DNA of 63,728 nucleotides, filler included, from Octopus bimaculoides (GCF_001194135.2; 4 parts of 4 records of this genome joined end to end with filler, not necessarily neighbours in it); one strand, 5' to 3'; shown: positions 24,650 to 36,459, counted from the first letter of the whole stretch. The notes: generated from the sequence alone by a model not told the origin. Numbers and translations: made by a program.

Positions 24650-24905
24650 ACGAGAGGTATAGAGAAAATAACGAAGTACCAGGACCTAGTTATTGAGTTA
24701 CAGAGGTTCTGGAAAGTGCGGGTAAAGTGTATCCCTGTAGTTACAGGAACTAACCCTAAAGATTTAAACTGGTGGGTAGAGGAAATAGACCTAAAACCTA
24801 GTTTAGTGCAGGTCTAGAATACATAATTATTAGGGACAGCTAGAATATTTAAGAAGGTTCTTGGCGTCTTGGCATGTAAGGTTACTTGTTGTAGCCTGAT
24901 GTTAG
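24650..24905 (+). mobile_element. 3' end of an R4/Dong-like retrotransposon, copy 2
   Basis: IEKITKYQDLVIELQRFWKVRVKCIPVVTGTNPKDL; homologous to 23645-23900 including the aaggttacttgttgtagcc tail. Confidence 0.75.
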
Positions 24906-25405
24906 GATTTTTTTCCCTACAGTAATATGTTCTTTGTATATGAAATTATAATCTTTTCTTTATTAGCCGCAAGGTCTCGAAGAGCTGCACAAAAATAGAA
25001 AGAAACGTTAAGCAAGAGCCTTATTACGGCGTGCGGGTTGAGACAATCATTTTTCTAAGACGAGGAAATGCGTGGCTTTTTATCATGAAGAAAATGAAAT
25101 TTGGTGGTTTGGTGTATATGGAGTAGCTTTGCTTTGTAAATGTGTCACGAAATATATTTTGTCGCAGCAATATTGGAATATTTTTGATACAATGTGGTAT
25201 ATTGTTTCATGAAATATGCCACACTGGCGATATTTGATCTCTGTGTTATAGAAATGGAATTAGATATCAATTTCAGTTTATCTCGTAGTTTTTGTTTGGT
25301 GAATGTTGCTGTTTCAGAATCATCATCACCGCCACCACCACCACCACCACCACTACTACTACTACTACTACTGGTGGTGGTGGTGGTGGTGGTGGTGGTT
25401 GTAAT

Positions 25406-25545
25406 TAAGGCGGTGAGCTGGTAGAATCGTCACCGGAAAATGCTTTATGGTGTTTGTTCTATTTACGTTCTGAGTTCAAATACTGCTGAGGTCAACTTAA
25501 CCTTTCATCCTTTTGGGGTCGATAAAATAAAGTACCAGTCAAGTA
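25406..25545 (+). mobile_element. SINE family B, truncated, followed by (CT)n at 25555-25624
   Basis: taaggcggtgagctgg...gaggtcaacttaacctttcatccttttggggtcgataaa. Confidence 0.8.
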
Positions 25546-25552
25546 ATTAGAA

Positions 25553-25627
<75 letters not shown>

Positions 25628-26204
25628 GTCTCCTTTTAATAACTGAGAGTTTCACATGGATTCGCCATTGCTTTGGTGTCTTTCCAGATGTCCAAGCCAA
25701 CAGTCAACCTGAGAATACCTTTTCACCCTCCCAGCAAACATGTCACACTTTAGCGTTTGAATCGCCTCTATGACTTCGGCCTCTGTGACGTTAAACTTCG
25801 CTCCGAGATGCACTTCATGCCCAACAGAAGATTTTATCGTAACTGGATTTAGGAAATCAGCAAAGTATTCTCTTGTTTCTGTTCGGATAAATGGTACTAA
25901 GTCGAAATTCTTTTAACTTTGGTGTTGGCTTTTGGCGAGGGTTTGTATTGTATTAACTCCTCTTATAATTCTTATAAAATAGTGAAGACTGTGATATCCT
26001 CTCAAGAAAGTCTTTCCAGTGCACTCAGCGTATCAGTAGAACCTCACTGAAGCAAGCGGAGAAGTTTAAGTAATTTGGGACCACATTCACGAGTGGTGAA
26101 ATCAAGAGGCTGAATTGAATACTAGAATTGCAGGTGTTATTACAATAACGCTCCCTATTCAGCATTCGATCCAAAGAGGAAGATCCTCAGAGAGTTTGCT
26201 ATCT

Positions 26205-26620
26205 TCATTTTGGTTTTCTTGCCTATACTCACTTATGGTCATGAATATTGGGTAATGACCGAAAGAGGACGATCGCGAATACAAGTGGTCGAAATGGGGT
26301 TCCTCATAGGGGTCACTGGTGTAACGTTTCTCGACAGGGTAAAGGCTTGGAAGTCAGGGAGTCTCTCAAAGTCGAGCCTGTATTTCTACACGTTGAGAGG
26401 TTACAGCTCCGATATTACGGACATGTGATCAAAATGTCTCAGGAAAGAAATGCAAGGCAGTGTCTTCAAGCCGAGCCAATCAGCAGGAACCTTAGGGGTA
26501 GACCAAGAACGAGTTGATTACATAATATCCATAGTCTCAGTTGCTCTCGCTTGAGAATCCAACTGGAAAGTGTAATGGCGGTTGGTTCTCATAGAACCCT
26601 GTGGAGGAAGTGCATGAGAA
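26205..26620 (+). mobile_element. RTE-clade LINE 3' fragment
   Basis: LPILTYGHEYWVMTER.RSRIQVVEMGFL...LHVERLQLRYYGHVIKMSQER...RGRPRT, one frameshift. Confidence 0.85.
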
Positions 26621-26800
26621 ATTGGATGAATAGGTAGATGGTATAAAGTATGTACTTTATACCAGAGCACGCTATCAAATATGTTGAAATATAAATTTCA
26701 TTTTATCTACGAATGCTATAGTATCATTTTCCAAAATGAATTAAGAATCCTCAAACAGTTATTAAGAAAGCTAGTTATCAGAAAAAAATATTGATTTTAT

Positions 26801-27232
26801 AATTTGGTGCAAGGCCAGCAATTTTGAGAGAGTGGGCACGTTGGTTACATCGACCTCAGTGCTCACCTGGTACTTATTTTATCGACTCCGAAAGGATGAA
26901 AGGCAAAGTCAACTTCGGCAAAATTTGAATTCAGATCGTAAAGACGAGCGAAATGCCGCTAAGCATTTTACCCAGCGCTGTAACGATTCTGCCAGCTCAC
27001 CACCTTCCGAAATACTTTCATATTGGTTTCAAAGTTTTGGTATAAGGCCAGCAATTTTGATGGAGGGGGTAAGTCGACTACCTCGACCCCAGTGCTCAAC
27101 TGGCACTTGTTTTATCGACACCGAAAAGCAAAGTCAACCTCGGTGGCATTTGTACTCAGAACGTAAAGACGGACGAAATGCTGCCAAGCACTTTGTTGGG
27201 CGCGGTAACGGTCCTACTAGCTCACCGCCTTC
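26801..27232 (-). mobile_element. Two tandem SINE family B copies (26801-27007 and 27040-27232)
   Basis: Both end in gctcacc.ccttccgaaata and share downstream flank. Confidence 0.8.
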
Positions 27233-27809
27233 CGAAATATTCTCATATTGATTTCATTTTATCAACGGAAACTTTAGTTTCATTTTCCAAAATAAGCTAC
27301 TAAGAATCCTCAAATAGTTTTTTTAAGAAAGCTGCTTATCAGAAAAAATATTAAGCATAAATGTGGAAGCACATGTAGCTAAATTTAGTGAAAATCTACG
27401 GTTTCTTTTCTTCTTCTTCACTCTGATAGCTTATCCCGTGATTATCAACAGGATATACACTCTCTTCGGAGATACGTCTCATCTAAGTTATCAGTATTAA
27501 ACATATAGTTTTTAATTACGTATGGTAAATAGAATTTTAATCACCAGATATAGCATATATACACAGCTAAGTCTGGAGCATTAAGTAATTCCAACAAAAA
27601 TAAAAATGCAGCAAAATTAACAAAGATTCGTGGACATCTCTATCAGGGAAGCCATTAATACAGGTTGCTTTTGCATAGGTAAACTGCACTAAAACAGGAA
27701 GCTTGATTTTTCCTCACCGGAAACTAGGCTTTAATATATCAATAGTTATGGCTACTGATAGCTGTGTAAATATCGTAAACAAGTATGAAACATAAAAATG
27801 CAGGGGAAA

Positions 27810-28565
27810 GGGTTCTGAATGTGTGAGAGTGTGTGAGTGTGTGTGTGTGTGTGTGTATGTGTGTGTGTGCATGTGCGTGCGCCTGTGTTGGCGTATAAAT
27901 GTGTGCTACGGTATGATAATGCATGAGCGAATGTATCTGTGTGTGTGTGAGTCTGTGTGTGTCCCTGTGTGTATGTGTGTGTGTGTGCGCGTGTATATGT
28001 CTGTTTGCGCACGACGATATAATATAATATATGAGCGAGTGTATTTGTGTATGTACCTGTGTATGTGTGCGTGTGTGTATGTGTATATGTGTTTGAGTAC
28101 AAATGTATGCGGCTGTATGATAATGTATGAGCGAGTGTATCTGAATGTGTGCATAACTGCATGCGTGTGTGTGTGTGGCGGGGTATGTATGAATAAATGA
28201 AAGTGTGTATGCGATGTGCGCGTATCTAGTTGTCTAAGTTTATGCATAAATGTATATGTGTGTGAGCATGTATGTATGTGTGTGTGTGTATGTGTGTGTG
28301 TGTATGTGTGTGTGTGTATGTGTGTGTGTGCATGGTTAAGAGTGTGACCAAATTTGTGTATGAGTGATTAGTCTATGCATGAGTGTATATGTCTGTATGT
28401 ATGTGTGCGAGTGAATGAGTGAGTGCGTAACAACGAATGTGTACAAGTGTATGTGTGTGCCTATTTGTGTCTGAGTCAATTTGTGATAGCGTGTGTGTGC
28501 ATGTATGTTTGTGTATGTATGTATGTATGTATGTATGTATGTATGTATGTATGTATGTATGTATG
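27810..28565. repeat. Compound (GT)n/(TATG)n low-complexity tract
   Basis: Directly visible; source of the H/T and V/C ORFs. Confidence 0.9.
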
Positions 28566-28604
28566 TCGGTGTGTGGATTTGGTTGACAGGAACTGAGAGA
28601 CGCC

Positions 28605-28841
28605 AAAGGCAGCGAGCTGGCAGAAACGTTAGCACACTGGGTGAAATGCTTAGCGGTATTTCATCTGGCGTTACGTTCTGAGTTCAAATTCCGCTAAGGT
28701 CGACTTGGTCTTTCATCCTTTCGGAGTCGATAAATTAAGTACCAGTTACGCACTGGGGCCGATGTAATCGACTTAATCCCTTTCTCTGTCCTTGTTTGTC
28801 CCCTCTATGTTTAGCCCCTTGAGGGCAATAAAGAAATAAGA
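28605..28841 (+). mobile_element. Full-length SINE family B with 14-bp TSD, nested in an older family A SINE (28568-28933)
   Basis: TSD aactgagagacgcc at 28591-28604 and 28842-28855; flanks rejoin to gtggatttggttgacaggaactgagagacgcc-tcttgtgtat. Confidence 0.9.
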
Positions 28842-29888
28842 AACTGAGAGACGCCTCTTGTGTATATATACATACCTGTGCGAGTGCGTGTGTGTGTGTG
28901 TGTGTGTTTATTTGTTCTCCCTGCACGGCTTGACAATCGGTGGATGGTTTGTTNNNNNNNNNNNNNNNNNNNNNNNNNNNNNNNNNNNNNNNNNNNNNNN
29001 NNNNNNNNNNNNNNNNNNNNNNNNNNNNNNNNNNNNNNNNNNNNNNNNNNNNNNNNNNNNNNNNNNNNNNNNNNNNNNNNNNNNNNNNNNNNNNNNNNNN
29101 NNNNNNNNNNNNNNNNNNNNNNNNNNNNNNNNNNNNNNNNNNNNNNNNNNNNNNNNNNNNNNNNNNNNNNNNNNNNNNNNNNNNNNNNNNNNNNNNNNNN
29201 NNNNNNNNNNNNNNNNNNNNNNNNNNNNNNNNNNNNNNNNNNNNNNNNNNNNNNNNNNNNNNNNNNNNNNNNNNNNNNNNNNNNNNNNNNNNNNNNNNNN
29301 NNNNNNNNNNNNNNNNNNNNNNNNNNNNNNNNNNNNNNNNNNNNNNNNNNNNNNNNNNNNNNNNNNNNNNNNNNNNNNNNNNNNNNNNNNNNNNNNNNNN
29401 NNNNNNNNNNNNNNNNNNNNNNNNNNNNNNNNNNNNNNNNNNNNNNNNNNNNNNNNNNNNNNNNNNNNNNNNNNNNNNNNNNNNNNNNNNNNNNNNNNNN
29501 NNNNNNNNNNNNNNNNNNNNNNNNNNNNNNNNNNNNNNNNNNNNNNNNNNNNNNNNNNNNNNNNNNNNNNNNNNNNNNNNNNNNNNNNNNNNNNNNNNNN
29601 NNNNNNNNNNNNNNNNNNNNNNNNNNNNNNNNNNNNNNNNNNNNNNNNNNNNNNNNNNNNNNNNNNNNNNNNNNNNNNNNNNNNNNNNNNNNNNNNNNNN
29701 NNNNNNNNNNNNNNNNNNNNNNNNNNNNNNNNNNNNNNNNNNNNNNNNNNNNNNNNNNNNNNNNNNNNNNNNNNNNNNNNNNNNNNNNNNNNNNNNNNNN
29801 NNNNNNNNNNNNNNNNNNNNNNNNNNNNNNNNNNNNNNNNNNNNNNNNNNNNNNNNNNNNNNNNNNNNNNNNNNNNNNNNNNNNNNNN

Positions 29889-30225
29889 CAACGGAACAGC
29901 CTGCTCGTGAAATTAACGTGCAAGTGGCTGAGCATTCCACAGACACGTGTACCCTTAACGTAGTTCTCGGGGATATTCAGCGTGACACAGTGTGACAAGG
30001 CTGACCCTTTGAATTACAGGCACAACAGAAACAGGAAGTAAGAGTGAGAGAAAGTTGTGGTGAAAGAGTACAGCAGGGTCCGCCACCATCCCCTGCCGGA
30101 GCCTCGTGGAGCTTTTAGGTGTTTTCGCTCAATAAACACTCACAACGCCCGGTCTGGGAATCGAAACCGCGATCCTATGACCGCGAGTCCGCTGCCTTAA
30201 CCAATGGGCCATTGCGCTTCCACAT
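29889..30225 (-). mobile_element. tRNA-derived SINE family C (3' end cut by gap)
   Basis: Reverse complement is about 96% identical to 30842-31180; box A tggccca.tgg and box B ggtttcgattcc. Confidence 0.9.
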
Positions 30226-30249
30226 ATTTGCATTCATATAACTATGAAT

Positions 30250-30480
30250 GGGAGGGTACATGACTTAGTGACTAGGGTGTTGCACTCACAATTACGAGAT
30301 CGCGGTTTCAATTCTTGGACCGGGTGGTGCGTTGTGTTCTTGAGCAACACACTTTATCTTACATTGCTCTACGATCACTTCGACACCTGACTTGTGGGAC
30401 ACCGTGTACCTGTTCAGGCAACGTCGATCTGATGGAAGCAATGAACAAACGTACAGCACATACGTTTGATCGCTATAAGC
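30250..30480 (+). mobile_element. tRNA-derived SINE family D, degraded
   Basis: Similar to 47241-47490 (gttgtgttc.tgagcaa..cact...cgatca.ttcgaca.ctgac). Confidence 0.65.
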
Positions 30481-30841
30481 AAATCATGCAGCAAGAAATA
30501 TCAGAATCGTCTTTTTCGGACTACGCGTGCTGCCATCATTCTTCGTCTATGAATGGATTTTTGCAAAAAGTAGCTACATAATGTTCTTGTGTGTTCAAAC
30601 CCTGAAATTATATATATTTTGCTACAACAAAAAATACAACTTTTACCGGAGGAAGTTCATAAAATGTTTTCATTGTTTTTTATTTTTGCAGAACGTTGAG
30701 GTTTTAAAAAATGCTCATAGTGTTTAGATATTGAGTAATAGCAGTTTCCAAGGACCTTGAATTATCTAGTCTTGAATATTATGTTTAAAGAAAGATGGAA
30801 TGCACAATGTAACACCCTTGATTGTAGATTTACTAGATCAC

Positions 30842-31223
30842 ATGTGGAGGCGCAATGGCCCAGTGGTTAGGGCAGCGGACTCGTGGTCATAGGATCGCGG
30901 TTTCGATTCCCAGACCGGGCGTTGTGAGTGTTTATTGAACGAAAACACCTAAAAGCTCCACGAGGCTCCGGCAGGGGATGGTGGCGAACCCTGCTGTACT
31001 CTTCCACCACAACTTTCTCTCACTCTTACTTCCTGTTTCTGTTGTGCCTGTAATTCAAAGGGTCAGCCTTGTCACACTGTGTCACGCTGAATATCCCCGA
31101 GAACTACGTTAAGGGTACACGTGTCTGTGGAGTGCTCAGCTACTTGCACGTTAATTTCACGAGCAGGCTGTTCCGTTGACCGGATCAACTGGAACCCTCG
31201 TCGTCGTAAGCGACGGAGTGCCA
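30842..31223 (+). mobile_element. Full-length SINE family C
   Basis: tRNA-like head through ..gacggagtgcca tail; candidate TSD actagatc at 30832-30839 and 31232-31239. Confidence 0.9.
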
Positions 31224-32049
31224 AGACACACACTAGATCTTAACTGACGCGAAACTAAGCAAGAATGTCGTCTTAATTTTTCTAAATATTTATAAGTTAT
31301 TCATAACAGGCACACGAAGTAATGAGAATCAAAATAAAGATGTGTACATTTATTTTTAACACGCAGCATTCACTGCGCGATTTTATCTGCGATACGCCTT
31401 TCGTGTTCTGGTGTACAGGAATGCTTTAAAAATAAATCTAAACAACTTTATATCTAAGTCACACATTGTTTTAATCTGATTAAATCACTTTATTTTATCA
31501 TTACAAATGCTTTTACTTTCGTCATTAATTTGAAACACTTTTGCAATTTAAACTTTTTTTTTTTAAATTGATTTGTTTGAAAAAAATTTAATGTCGCTAA
31601 AGGATTCCAAAAAAATGCGTGTAAATGGAATAGAATAAAATTCCAACAGATAATTCATTGGAAGAACTTATATTATTTGTATCAAATTCTGATTTGTGAA
31701 TGAAAAAGATTTTCATTTCTCGTTGTTGATACTCTGTCAAATTGAAAATAATGTTTTCTGCAGAAAAATTAGCTTTCTCCGGGGTTTGAACACACAACGA
31801 AGATTATGTAGCTGCCTGATATAAAAATAAAATTGATTCATAAATATATGCATGCTTCTATACATGTGTGAATGCACAAATGTGCAAATGCAATCATACA
31901 TAATTTCTGCATGTGTAGAAACGTGTACAATGGCAGAAGAGAGAAAGTTGGGAAGTGAAAAGATACAAGTGATGAGCCTCTAGACATGACAAAAATACAT
32001 TGTTCCTAAAGTCAGATTTTAATATCAGCTTTCAATATCATATTTAAAT

Positions 32050-32307
32050 ATGGCGACGTCGATGCGAAGGTTGCTCCGTTTCGTTAAATGTCATATTTCT
32101 CCACTATTGTTAGTGAAATCATCGTCTCCGCCCCACCACCAACAGCAAGTAGTTTCTAATGCTACTACAGCAACTAACTTTTGTAAAAAATTTTTTATGT
32201 ATCTTGTGTGTGAAGAGGAAGAGCGTTGCTGGCGGCCCATGGGGGAAATCTATTATGAAAAGACTGAGAATTATAGTAAGAACTGCATGAATAATAATGA
32301 AGCATAA
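32050..32307 (+). CDS. Orphan 85-aa ORF in unique sequence (candidate only)
   Basis: Non-repetitive peptide MATSMRRLLRFVKCHISPLLLVKSSSPPHHQQQ...; strong Kozak context aatATGG; no family recognised. Confidence 0.2.
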   Translation: MATSMRRLLRFVKCHISPLLLVKSSSPPHHQQQVVSNATTATNFCKKFFMYLVCEEEERCWRPMGEIYYEKTENYSKNCMNNNEA

Positions 32308-32591
32308 TGAGTTGTGTATATTGCGAAAATGGGAGGAAGTGGATTTCCATGAAGTCACATGTCCGTAGAACGAAAGACGACATGTTTGAGGCAATTTTGC
32401 AGGAACTGAAACACAGCTAATGTCAGTGAGACGGGTACAGAGAGTCACTATGGTAACGACGGAACAAGACCAGAAGTAATAGCAGTATAATGATCTGTGG
32501 AAGCGTGAAAACTTTCATTGAATTACATTTTAGTCATGTAGATTATTTTCTCTTTACTTGAGGGCCAGTAATGCAATGTGTCTCATTCCAG

Positions 32592-33542
32592 ATGTGGAGA
32601 CGCATTGGCCCAGTGGTTAGAGCAGCGGATTCGTGGTCATAAGATCGCGGTTTCGATTCCCAGACCGGGCGTTGTGAGTGTTTATTGAACGAAAACACCT
32701 AAAGCTCCACGAGGCTCCGGCAGGGGGTGGTGGCCAACCCTGCTGTACTCTTTCACCACAACTTTCTTTCACTCTTACAGACTTACATGTATATACATAC
32801 ATGCATACATACATTCATGCATACATACATGCATGCATACGTACATGTACGCATACATATATATATACACACACATACATACATGCATACATACATAGAT
32901 GCATGCTTGCATGCATACGTACAAACATGCATGCATACATAATACATGTAAACATCCATGTATACATCTATGGATGCATACATACATACATGCACGCATA
33001 GATAGATACATACATTCATACATACATACATATATACATACATACATANNNNNNNNNNNNNNNNNNNNNNNNNNNNNNNNNNNNNNNNNNNNNNNNNNNN
33101 NNNNNNNNNNNNNNNNNNNNNNNTTCGTGGTCATAAGATCGCGGTTTCGATTCCCAGACCGGGCGTTGTGAGTGTTTATTGAACGAAAACACCTAAAGCT
33201 CCACGAGGCTCCGGCAGGGGGTGGTGGCCAACCCTGCTGTACTCTTTCACCACAACTTTCTTTCACTCTTACAGACTTACATGTATATACATACATGCAT
33301 ACATACATTCATGCATACATACATGCATGCATACGTACATGTACGCATACATATATATATACACACACATACATACATGCATACATACATAGATGCATGC
33401 TTGCATGCATACGTACAAACATGCATGCATACATAATACATGTAAACATCCATGTATACATCTATGGATGCATACATACATACATGCACGCATAGATAGA
33501 TACATACATTCATACATACATACATATATACATACATACATA
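32592..33542 (+). repeat. Truncated SINE C + (CATA)n, duplicated exactly across the gap at 33049-33123
   Basis: 32630-33048 equals 33124-33542 (offset 494; identical ORFs in the track). Confidence 0.95.
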
Positions 33543-33874
33543 TAACAAAAAAGGCTGCCACGTGACAGTTAATCTCTCTCTCAGTGGGTGAATAATTATT
33601 AAAATAATTGAGAAACTATTGGTACCGTATTAATACCCGTTATTCATTTAGTATCCCTCACGTAGTACAGACGGTTCAGTGAAGTCCCTAATGTAGCACA
33701 ATCAATTCATTTAAGGTCTTTATGTAGCATACTGACTCCCATTACCGTAAAAGAAAAAAACACCTAGGTTCGGTTCTAGTATTATAAATGACAGCCTGAA
33801 TACGTGATCAATATGTGTAAATATTTGTTCAAAACATGTTCGATTACTCTGTTATATCAGTGTAAGACAATCTG

Positions 33875-33997
33875 GTACGTGATTGTCTAGTCCTGATTCT
33901 CGAGTTCGATATTTTATCGACTTTACTAACCAATCGTTACGTTTTTGTTTCTTTTCTCTTTTTTGTCTTGTTTCGTTGTTTTGTTTTTGTTTATCAG
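33875..33997 (+). other. Candidate 123-nt spliceosomal intron
   Basis: Donor TG|GTACGT, branch point TACTAAC at 33924-33930, AG-free T-rich tract, acceptor TTATCAG| at 33997. Confidence 0.5.
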
Positions 33998-34104
33998 TGA
34001 CAGGAAGTACGAATCTAATACTATTTGTAGAGAGAGAATCGATGGTGTCGTCTGTGGTTGGATTTGTTATCGGAATAAGTTTCAGTTGACTTTGGTTGAA
34101 GAAC

Positions 34105-34152
34105 ACAGGAAGAAAAGGATGTTGAGGAAGAGGAGGATGGTGATGGCGGTGG

Positions 34153-34194
<42 letters not shown>

Positions 34195-34445
34195 GGATGA
34201 CGATGATGATGAGGAAGAGGAAGAGGAAGAGGAGGAAGAGGATGGCGATGAGAACAATGAGAAGGAGGGTGGTGATAAAGATGATGATGTTGATGACTGT
34301 GTTGATGATGATGGTGATGATGATGATGAGAAGGAGGAGGAGTAGTGTTATCATCATCATCATTATCATCATCATTATCATCATCATCATTATCATCATC
34401 ATCATTATCATCATCATCAGCTTCATTGTCATCATCGTGACGATG
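34105..34445. repeat. Compound (GAG/GAT)n then (CAT/TAT)n trinucleotide repeats
   Basis: Directly visible. Confidence 0.95.
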
Positions 34446-34966
34446 AGACCCACAGCGAAGTACTATGCTTAGAAGTGTTCGTTAAATCCAGTCCAATACT
34501 ATGTAAACATCTTTTAATAAGGAATTTGATGACGTTCCGAGATAATGGTTTCAAATTTTGGTACAAATCCAGCAAATTCGGGGCAAGCGATAAGCCGACT
34601 AAATCGACTCCAGTGCTCAACTGGTACCCGTAACATTATAATATCAACAATAATTCTTCTGAATCTACCATGTCTCTCCATATTTTAACAAAGTGTCATG
34701 TAAGACCAGATGCATTTCGGCCTTTTGGGGTGCCTGCTCCCAGCCAGGCGCATGATCAAAACGAGAATTCGTCGCCAGGATCAAATGAATGAAACATTCA
34801 CTGCTGTTACGAATAGTCGTCCGGTATACGCAATTAAAAGAATTCTCACTGACCTCTGACTGGGCGAATTCTTTTCTCCTCGTTTTTTATTGCACTTTTA
34901 ACACGGCACGTCCATAAAATATATTATCGCAGGACAATTACTGAATTTTGGAGGGGAAGGGATTGT

Positions 34967-35650
34967 CTTGAAGACAATCCAAGGTCTCGACGTCTTGCAA
35001 GTGCCGACACCAAAGAAAATAATGATCGTGTTCACTACATGGTGATGGATGACAGGTGATTGGCTATAAATCAAACAGCCAATGCTATTCGATTTATATA
35101 TATCCTGTGAGAGAGTTGAGAATATTCTGCTCAATGAACTTGACATGACGAAGGCTTTTGATCGGTGAGTGTTACGTCTTCTGATACCTGATCAAAAGCG
35201 CACCAGGCTAAGCACATCATGGGAAAGTCTGACATTGTTAAAGGCGGGTCCAGTTGATTTCTTTCAACGTTTCCTGACTAGGAATGACTTTGGTTTCATC
35301 ACTTTGAGTCAGAAACAAAGAGGCAATCCATACAGCAGAAACACGCCTCCTCACCTGCTCCAAAGAAGGCCAAGGTCGTTTCGCCCTTCCTATTTTCCTT
35401 TTGGATCCATCCGATTATCATTTGTTCCCCAGCATGAAACAACACTTGGCTGGGAACCAGTATCGCAGTGATGATGACATCATATCTGTTGTTGATGGCT
35501 TTTTTTAGCTACGGGATGAAACCTTCTTCACCAATGGGATCCAAGCACTGCAGCACCAATGGAAGAAGTATGTGAACCGCAATAAATTTCATTTGGTAAC
35601 ATTCCAAGAGAGTACCTTCATCAGCCTATGAACTTTTCAGCCTACACTCG
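34967..35650 (+). pseudogene. Internally deleted mariner transposase remnant with 3' TIR
   Basis: LEDNPRSRR..., LRLLIPDQKRTR..FFQRFLT, FHHFESETKRQS..PAPKKAK, then DPSDYHLFPSMKQHLAG..GIQALQHQWKK; TIR ctatgaacttttcagcctacactcg followed by TA. Confidence 0.9.
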
Positions 35651-36117
35651 TATGTCCCCTATCACCTGACAACTGGTATTACTTTCTTTATGTGCCTGTA
35701 ACTTAGCGGTTCGGCAAAAATGGACCCATACAATAAATACCAGACTTTAAAATATGTACTGTGATCGATTCGTTCGATTAAAAACCTTTAAGGTTTTGCC
35801 GCAGCATGATCGTAATCCAGTGACTAAAACAAATTATATATATATATATANNNNNNNNNNNNNNNNNNNNNNNNNNNNNNNNNNNNNNNNNNNNNNNNNN
35901 NNNNNNNNNNNNNNNNNNNNNNNNNNNNNNNNNNNNNNNNNNNNNNNNNNNNNNNNNNNNNNNNNNNNNNNNNNNNNNNNNNNNNNNNNNNNNNNNNNNN
36001 NNNNNNNNNNNNNNNNNNNNNNNNNNNNNNNNNNNNNNNNNNNNNNNNNNNNNNNNNNNNNNNNNNNNNNNNNNNNNNNNNNNNNNNNNNNNNNNNNNNN
36101 NNTATCATATATATATA

Positions 36118-36260
36118 GAGGCAGGTGCCGCTGTGTGGTAAGAAGCTAGCTTCCCAATAACATGGTTCCAGGTTCAGTTCCACTGCCTGGCACCTTGGCA
36201 AGTGTCTTCTAATATAGCCTCGGACCGACCAAATCCTTGTGGGTGGATTTGTGTGTGTGT
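36118..36260 (+). mobile_element. SINE family A head and core
   Basis: ggttcagttccactgcctggcaccttggcaagtgtcttc. Confidence 0.85.
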
Positions 36261-36459
36261 GTGTGTGTGTACATACATATATATATATATACATACATAC
36301 ATACATATATGAGTGTATACACGCACATATATTTATATAATTCATATACATATATATGCTTTCCATTGTGAAACACTGCTGTTCTCCTGTCGCATTAAAA
36401 TAATATCCTTCCCGGTAGTGTTGTGCGGAGGTGATGGTGGAAGGAGCACACAAATAAAT

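Noticed and set aside
30845-30920. tRNA gene
   Set aside because: A/B boxes are present but there is no acceptor-stem pairing, and it continues into a 380-bp SINE body found in several copies
33945-34472. 175-aa ORF with poly-M/poly-I
   Set aside because: The 5' part is the polypyrimidine tract and the 3' part is trinucleotide repeat; only the ~30-codon middle is kept as a candidate exon
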